DNA of 64,000 nt from Candidatus Bathyarchaeota archaeon. Its GTDB lineage: Archaea; Thermoproteota; Bathyarchaeia; Bathyarchaeales; Bathycorpusculaceae. Position 1 is the first letter of the stretch. Every line of letters starts with the position of its first letter. Location: the NCBI GenBank assembly GCA_963828195.1, contig CAWHDT010000005.1, forward strand, positions 224,001 to 288,000, in the 5' to 3' direction. This document shows positions 58,378 to 64,000 of the stretch, piece by piece. Made by a program: the position numbers and the translations under genes. The notes below the pieces were generated by a model. It saw only the letters and a program-made list of their open reading frames with translations, was not told the origin of the DNA and made no database searches.

Positions 58378-60297
58378 ATGTTTGCTTATGCAGGAAAAAT
58401 TTTACATGTTAACCTCACAACAGGGGAAATAAAAACCGAGCCATTATCAGAACAGATGGCCAAAGATTACATCGGCGGTATAGGCTTAGGCATCCGCTTA
58501 CTTTTTGACAATTCAAAACCGGGAACCGACGCTTATGACCCTGACAACCCACTAATCTATTTAACGGGTCCACTCAGCGGCACCATGGGACCAACAGGCG
58601 GAAACAGCTACGCTGTCGTATCTAAATCTCCAGCCACCGGCGGCATCGGCAACGCTGAAGCCCACGGCTTCTTTGGTCCAGACTTGAAACGCGCAGGATA
58701 CGACGCTGTCATCATAACAGGGAAAGCACCGAAACTGTCTTACCTGTGGCTTGACGATGACAAGGTTGAAATCCGAAACGCAGAGTACCTAAAAAACGCT
58801 ACAGTCAAGGAAACTGACGACAAAATCCGCGCAGAACTCGGCGACTTTTACATCAGAGTTTCAGCCATCGGCGAAGCCGGCGAGAAACTTTGCAGGTTTG
58901 CCGCAATCATAAATGATGAGTTCCGCGCAATCGGCAGAAGCGGCATGGGCGGAGTCATGGGCTCTAAAAACCTCAAAGCAGTTGCCGTGCGGGGAACACA
59001 CGACGTAAACGTTGCAAACCTTGATGGGTTCAAAGAATTTGTTAAAATGATTTATGAACGCATGAAGGGTCCATCAACCAAGAAATACAAAACGTTGGGA
59101 ACACCCGAAAACGTTTTAGTCCTTAACTCACTCTCAGCATTGGCGACAAGAAACTGGACAAACGCAACTTTTGAAGGCGCCGACAAAGTCAGCGGCGAAT
59201 ACTTTAACGAGCATTATGTCAAGAAAATTGTCGGCTGCGCAACCTGCGGAATGCGTTGCGACCACATCGGTGTTGTTCCAGAAGGACCATACAAGGGCTC
59301 AACTTCAAGGCTTGAGTTCGAGTGTCTTTGGAGCATGGGACCTCTCTGCGGCATCGACAGGTTAGACGCAGTTATTGAGGCAATGCGCATTGTAAACGAG
59401 TACGGCATGGACGGCATATCCATCGGTGTCGTAGTAGCGTTCGCAATGGACCTCTATGAACACGGTATAATCACAAAGGAACAAACTGACGGAATTGACC
59501 TCAAATTCGGCAACGCTGAAGCATTAATCGCTATAATTCACAAAATTGGTAAACGCGAAGGCTGGCTGGGAAATATCCTTGCTGAAGGTGTGGCGAAAGC
59601 TGCAGACTTAATCGGTGGAGATGCGTACAAGTACGCCTGCCACATCAAAGGCTTAGAGCTGCCAGGCTACGACCTAAGAACCCTGAAGACAGCTGCACTG
59701 GGCTTCAGTGTCTCTTTCCGCGGAGCATGCCACCTTAGAAACGGCGCTTACTCACCTGACGTTAAAGGTAAGGTAAACCGCTTCAAGATTGAGAAAGGCA
59801 GAGGCAAAATGATCACTGAAGAAAGCTACATGTACAACATCATTGACTCGCTTATCGTCTGCAAGTTCAGCAGAGGCACATACTACGACGGTTGGAAAGA
59901 CCTCACCAACTACTATACTCTTGCAACAGGCATCCCAATCACACAGGAAGAAATGATTAAAGACGGCGACAGAATCGAAAACTTGGCAAGACTCTTCAAC
60001 ATCCGAGAAGGCAAAGGCACACGAAAATACGATGATGTCCCCTACAAAATAAAGAATTTTCCAGTGCCCGATGAGGGACCAGCCAAAGGCGTCTGCGTCA
60101 ACGACGAAGAAATGGCTGTAGGCTTAGATGACTACTACGCTTCAAGAGGCTGGACAGCTGACGGCATCCCAACAGTTGAACGCCTGCAACAAGTAGGCTT
60201 AGGCGACTTAGCATACATTGCCGAAAACGCAATGAAAGCCGCTGCAGAAGCGAAACCCAAAGTTGCTCAAGAAGCACAGGTTCAAGGAGGAAACTAG
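58378..60297 (+). CDS. aor: tungsten-dependent aldehyde:ferredoxin oxidoreductase family protein
   Basis: KSPATG, GRSGMGGVMGSKNLKA, CATCGMRC, GMDGIS, RGACH, DSLIVC. Confidence 0.93.
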   Translation: MFAYAGKILHVNLTTGEIKTEPLSEQMAKDYIGGIGLGIRLLFDNSKPGTDAYDPDNPLIYLTGPLSGTMGPTGGNSYAVVSKSPATGGIGNAEAHGFFGPDLKRAGYDAVIITGKAPKLSYLWLDDDKVEIRNAEYLKNATVKETDDKIRAELGDFYIRVSAIGEAGEKLCRFAAIINDEFRAIGRSGMGGVMGSKNLKAVAVRGTHDVNVANLDGFKEFVKMIYERMKGPSTKKYKTLGTPENVLVLNSLSALATRNWTNATFEGADKVSGEYFNEHYVKKIVGCATCGMRCDHIGVVPEGPYKGSTSRLEFECLWSMGPLCGIDRLDAVIEAMRIVNEYGMDGISIGVVVAFAMDLYEHGIITKEQTDGIDLKFGNAEALIAIIHKIGKREGWLGNILAEGVAKAADLIGGDAYKYACHIKGLELPGYDLRTLKTAALGFSVSFRGACHLRNGAYSPDVKGKVNRFKIEKGRGKMITEESYMYNIIDSLIVCKFSRGTYYDGWKDLTNYYTLATGIPITQEEMIKDGDRIENLARLFNIREGKGTRKYDDVPYKIKNFPVPDEGPAKGVCVNDEEMAVGLDDYYASRGWTADGIPTVERLQQVGLGDLAYIAENAMKAAAEAKPKVAQEAQVQGGN

Positions 60298-60298
60298 T

Positions 60299-60808
60299 AT
60301 GGTACGACCGCAAGACAGAAAATTCGTAACAGCCGACCCGGAGAAATGCATAGGCTGCTGCGTCTGCGAATACGCCTGCAGCATGGTTAACGAGAAAACC
60401 TTTAACCCGACTAAATCGCGAATACGCGCCATGCGCATGGGTCCACTTATGAACATGGCAGTTACCTGCCGCCATTGCGAAGATCCAGCATGCGTGGCTG
60501 CGTGCCCAAGAGACGCACTCTCACAAGAAGAATGCAGCGGAATAATCCGTGTTGACGAGAACGCTTGTAACGGCTGCGGCTGGTGCATCAGCGCATGCCA
60601 ATTCGGCGCCATGAACATGCATCCCGACAAAAAAGTCGTGTTCACCTGCAACAGCTGCACAGACAACGATACTAAGGAGCCGCAATGCGTCAAATGGTGC
60701 CCCGAAGAAGCATTAACATACGTTACTGCCGAAACATTGTCGCAGAAGTACAGGCAGAAAGCAGTTAAGAACCTATTCCAAACAGCAGAAGCCAACAAAG
60801 CAAAATAA
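60299..60808 (+). CDS. 4Fe-4S dicluster electron-transfer subunit (AOR partner)
   Basis: four Cys clusters (CxxCxxCxxxC type); GGAGG SD before ATG 60299. Confidence 0.9.
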   Translation: MVRPQDRKFVTADPEKCIGCCVCEYACSMVNEKTFNPTKSRIRAMRMGPLMNMAVTCRHCEDPACVAACPRDALSQEECSGIIRVDENACNGCGWCISACQFGAMNMHPDKKVVFTCNSCTDNDTKEPQCVKWCPEEALTYVTAETLSQKYRQKAVKNLFQTAEANKAK

Positions 60809-60904
60809 ACAAATGTCTAATTGCGCTTTTTTAGCGCCCTTCCCTTTTTGTATTTCGCTTCGGCGAATTAAGACCCTTTTATTGTTTAAAAAACGCAAAT
60901 ATGC

Positions 60905-61174
60905 ATGTATATATGTTTATTATTTAAGGGCGAAAAATTGGTCCGCGTAATTTCCATCTCTGACGAAGTGTATTTTGAGCTATCAAAAATGAAGAATGGG
61001 AAATCCTTCTCACAATTGCTTAAATCAATGATTGAACAATGCGAAAAGAAGGGCAATCCAGAAAAAATTCTTGAGTATCTAAATACACATGAGGCCTTGA
61101 GCGATGAGAGCGCCAAGAAGATGCTTGCTGAGGTGGAGAAAGGCAGAAAGCGTAGCTTTCCAAGGAACTTCTAG
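60905..61174 (+). CDS. VapB-family antitoxin
   Basis: RVISISDEVYFELSKMK..KSFSQLL motif. Confidence 0.8.
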   Translation: MYICLLFKGEKLVRVISISDEVYFELSKMKNGKSFSQLLKSMIEQCEKKGNPEKILEYLNTHEALSDESAKKMLAEVEKGRKRSFPRNF

Positions 61175-61187
61175 ATTGAGTGATGTA

Positions 61188-61250
61188 GTGGTAGTTTTTG
61201 ACACTTCAACCTTGAGCTTTGATAGCCCAAAGATACTGGTGCTTAGGTAA
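61188..61250 (+). pseudogene. truncated PIN toxin remnant
   Basis: GTG-start MVVFDTSTL... PIN N-terminal motif directly after the antitoxin; stops after 20 codons. Confidence 0.5.
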
Positions 61251-61264
61251 TTTTTACTTTGGGG

Positions 61265-63322
61265 TCAAGTTGCTTTCTGGCTAATTGTTCCTTTAGTGTA
61301 TGGAACGAACTCCCTGACCTGTTCAATCGAGGTTTTTCCAGCTTTCTCCCGCTGCTCCTTCGGCAGCTTCAGCATCAGCGACTTGAGGATTTGCTGTAGA
61401 AGCTCCTTCCCTTGGGTATCGCCCGGTGCTAAGACAACATAGGCTTTGGTCTTAGCTTTCACGGCATCCACGGGACCGCCAACATAACGGGTTTCCTCAT
61501 TGACAATTATGCCAACAGCCGTTCTAAGCGACACACTTCGCGTCCAGTTGCGTTTGCCGACAACTGCGAAGGCGCCGTGGGGGACAGATTCTCCTGAAGG
61601 ACCGCTTTTGCTTAGCTGATCAACTTTAACCCAATAAACATCGGCTGAACCCGCGTTTTCACGCCAAGCACGCGAAAAAGACGCCGCGAACTCTCCAGCT
61701 TCCCGAAGAGCTTGCTCACTTATGGTTTTGCCTTCAGCTTTAACCACGGTGAATGGTGCGCCTGAGATTTCAGCGTGAAAAACCGCATCCTCTTGTGTGG
61801 CGTATTTTTTGATGAGCACTTCGTTGCTGACTGTGTCTTTGCCCGCAACCACCAAGAAGCCGTCTGAAGAGGTGAACCAACGGAATTTCTCGTACCACCC
61901 CTTATTCTCCTGCTCGATTTTACGTTTAGAGAGCGCTTCGAGCAGTGCGGCGGGCTTGAGACTTTTGAGTTCCTCCGCTGCGCTTAACTCCCTTTCAATT
62001 TTAGCTAATTTTCTCTTAGAATCCTCCAGCGCCGATAACGCGCCTGCAGATTTTTGCTTTGCTTTTTTTCCCCGTTCATAATATTCATTAGCGTTCTCGA
62101 AAAGTGAATCCCGCAGGCTGAAGCTGAATTGGAAGTTATCCATGCAGAGGTTAAGAGCGAGGTTGCGTCCGTCAAAGGATTGAATGTAAGCCTCAGGTGT
62201 GCCGCCAGTTTTTTTAGCTGCCAGGGCTTCGTTGATTACTGCGTCCCAGTCTTTGCCTGCACGGTTCGAGTTCAGAAGCTTGTCTTGAAATGTTTGCAGT
62301 TCGTTAAAATGTGCGTAAATAGTATCGCCGATTAGTTTGTCCCGTTCTGCTTTTGCTTCGTCTTCATGTATTGATTTTTCCTGTTCAGCAACCACTCGTT
62401 TAAGCCGCTCTGCTTCCAGTTTTAACTTATCAACTTCAACGCTGGCAAATGCTTTTTCAGCCGTTGTTACCCGTAGATAAAACTCATCTAATGCTTCATT
62501 AAAGCTGCTGTAAACTTTGGTTTTGAAGCCTTCATAACGCTTAAGTTTGAGGGGCACCACGTCCAAGAAGTTTTCTTCTTCATTGAGGATTATGTTTGGC
62601 TCCAAGACGGCTGCCGAAATTTTCGAAAGCAAACCCTGAAGTTCATCAAAAATGCCCTTAACCTCCGCATCCGTCAAGCTCTTGCATGGCTTGGCTTTAT
62701 CTACGCCGGCTCGAAGCAAAACCTCCTCAGCGTAAACTCCGCCAATGCCAAGCAACCTTGCTTTTGTTCTAACAACCTCGGCTTCGCCTGCACTTTTCAA
62801 AGCGTCCTCCAATTCAGGTAGAGCAACTTTGAAGGGGTTCTTGCCGCTTGGAGGAGGCAACAGTAAGACTTCATTACGTGAGATGTTGCGGTCGCGCATT
62901 TGCTTAAAAATTAAAGCCTGCCAAATCACGTTTTTCTCGTTTGTTAAGATAATGTTTCCTTCGCCGAAAAGTTCAACAACGAGATTAAGCAGCCCTTCTT
63001 TGGTCTCGAAACGGATCGTTACGATTCTTTCAAACTCGTATTGCTCAATACCCCTAACCCATGCTCCACGCAGGTACTTTCTCAGGGACATACAAAATGC
63101 AGGAGGAGCAGCTGGGCTTTCCTGCGCATAAACGGTCGAGTGCAACCTTCGTCCTGCTTCCATGACTAATCGTATCGGCGGCAAGTTAGCCTTATGAAGC
63201 TTGAAAACCAAGGTTTTCTCGTCAAGCTGGTAGATGTTGTTCACTCTTGACTCAGAAATTAATCCCTTAAGCTCACTGACTACCGCGGAAATATCAAAGC
63301 TTGTGAAATCTTTTTTACGCAA
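61265..63322 (-). CDS. rqcH: ribosome quality control protein RqcH (NEMF/Rqc2)
   Basis: FCMSLRKYL, FERIV, ELFGEGN, WYEKFRWF..SDG, FHAEISGAP, VYWV. Confidence 0.92.
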   Translation of the reverse strand: MRKKDFTSFDISAVVSELKGLISESRVNNIYQLDEKTLVFKLHKANLPPIRLVMEAGRRLHSTVYAQESPAAPPAFCMSLRKYLRGAWVRGIEQYEFERIVTIRFETKEGLLNLVVELFGEGNIILTNEKNVIWQALIFKQMRDRNISRNEVLLLPPPSGKNPFKVALPELEDALKSAGEAEVVRTKARLLGIGGVYAEEVLLRAGVDKAKPCKSLTDAEVKGIFDELQGLLSKISAAVLEPNIILNEEENFLDVVPLKLKRYEGFKTKVYSSFNEALDEFYLRVTTAEKAFASVEVDKLKLEAERLKRVVAEQEKSIHEDEAKAERDKLIGDTIYAHFNELQTFQDKLLNSNRAGKDWDAVINEALAAKKTGGTPEAYIQSFDGRNLALNLCMDNFQFSFSLRDSLFENANEYYERGKKAKQKSAGALSALEDSKRKLAKIERELSAAEELKSLKPAALLEALSKRKIEQENKGWYEKFRWFTSSDGFLVVAGKDTVSNEVLIKKYATQEDAVFHAEISGAPFTVVKAEGKTISEQALREAGEFAASFSRAWRENAGSADVYWVKVDQLSKSGPSGESVPHGAFAVVGKRNWTRSVSLRTAVGIIVNEETRYVGGPVDAVKAKTKAYVVLAPGDTQGKELLQQILKSLMLKLPKEQREKAGKTSIEQVREFVPYTKGTISQKAT

Positions 63323-63494
63323 AGCCTACACCGTTATACTTCTGCTTGTTATACTGAAGTTGATTCAAATAACCTTTTCACAGAAAAAACCCCAAATGCC
63401 TAATTAAATGAGTTCGGGAGGCAGAAACGATTAATATCTAGGCATGTTTTTTAAGTAAGAATAAAATATACTGTGCCAAAGGATTAGATTCAAC

Positions 63495-63788
63495 ATGACC
63501 CCCATAGTACAGCTTTACTGGATACGAGTTGCGTTAGGCATAATTGCAGGTGCGTTAAGTGCAGCAGTCGCTTTCGTGTTAGGTGCCACGAATAGCATCA
63601 CTACTCTTGTCAACTGTTTCACTGTAGCCCTAATAGTTTACTTAGCATCCTACTATGCGTTGAAAGCAATGTACAAAAACAAAATAGAGAAACAATCAAA
63701 AATATTAAGCACAGCCGTAGCCATGTACTTCTTCGCTTGGTTACCCTTCTTTATCCTGTTCTACACAATTATGAGAATTTACATATAA
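63495..63788 (+). CDS. hypothetical three-TM membrane protein
   Basis: hydrophobic 97-aa ORF. Confidence 0.7.
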   Translation: MTPIVQLYWIRVALGIIAGALSAAVAFVLGATNSITTLVNCFTVALIVYLASYYALKAMYKNKIEKQSKILSTAVAMYFFAWLPFFILFYTIMRIYI

Positions 63789-63802
63789 GCCCTGAAAAAG
63801 CT

Positions 63803-64000
63803 TTATTCATCTTCACTTTTAGCGATGAAATTGGCAATCGTCGCTTGGCTCTTGTCACTTTTGAGGGTTTCTATTTTTTCTTCTCCAACTGCTTTTTCTG
63901 CGCCATTTTGGGTGCTGGGGATTTCCATGCGTGTTAAGATGCGCATGCAATCTGCCCAAGCTGAGAAGTATCCGCGGTCGAAGTCTCCATGCAAGCCGTT
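63803..64000 (-). CDS. hypothetical protein, 5' end probably outside window
   Basis: open frame ...HGDFDRGYFSAWADCMR... runs to the window edge. Confidence 0.55.
   Translation of the reverse strand, partial: NGLHGDFDRGYFSAWADCMRILTRMEIPSTQNGAEKAVGEEKIETLKSDKSQATIANFIAKSEDE

Overview
Archaeal chromosomal segment, probably Candidatus Bathyarchaeia (inferred from gene content: archaeal PEP carboxylase, archaeal-type shikimate entry enzymes, GHMP shikimate kinase, AOR, RqcH, TATA-type promoters, frequent TTG/GTG starts). It is mostly housekeeping and metabolic genes: MetRS, TyrRS, a divergent CysRS paralogue, pyrF, a 12-gene aspartate kinase/aro/tyr operon, a convergent ilvBN-leuCDBA-pheA operon, AOR with a 4Fe-4S partner, and RqcH. 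The main finding is two short ORFs missing from the ORF track. Each sits between a TATA-like box and the first gene of a large amino-acid biosynthesis operon, and its C-terminal codons match the pathway products: MSNCKSHKGNSSAQSLSFDYYFYGYFS before the Phe/Tyr operon (followed by a GC-rich hairpin) and MRDRHLNSWNRRVLIL before the branched-chain operon. This is the layout of ribosome-dependent leader-peptide attenuation, here in an archaeon. Other points of interest: tRNA-Ala followed by two decayed 3' copies that bracket toxin-antitoxin cassettes, a dispersed palindromic REP-like repeat family at three loci, and two genes broken at homopolymer runs. All calls come from reading the sequence only; no searches were run.
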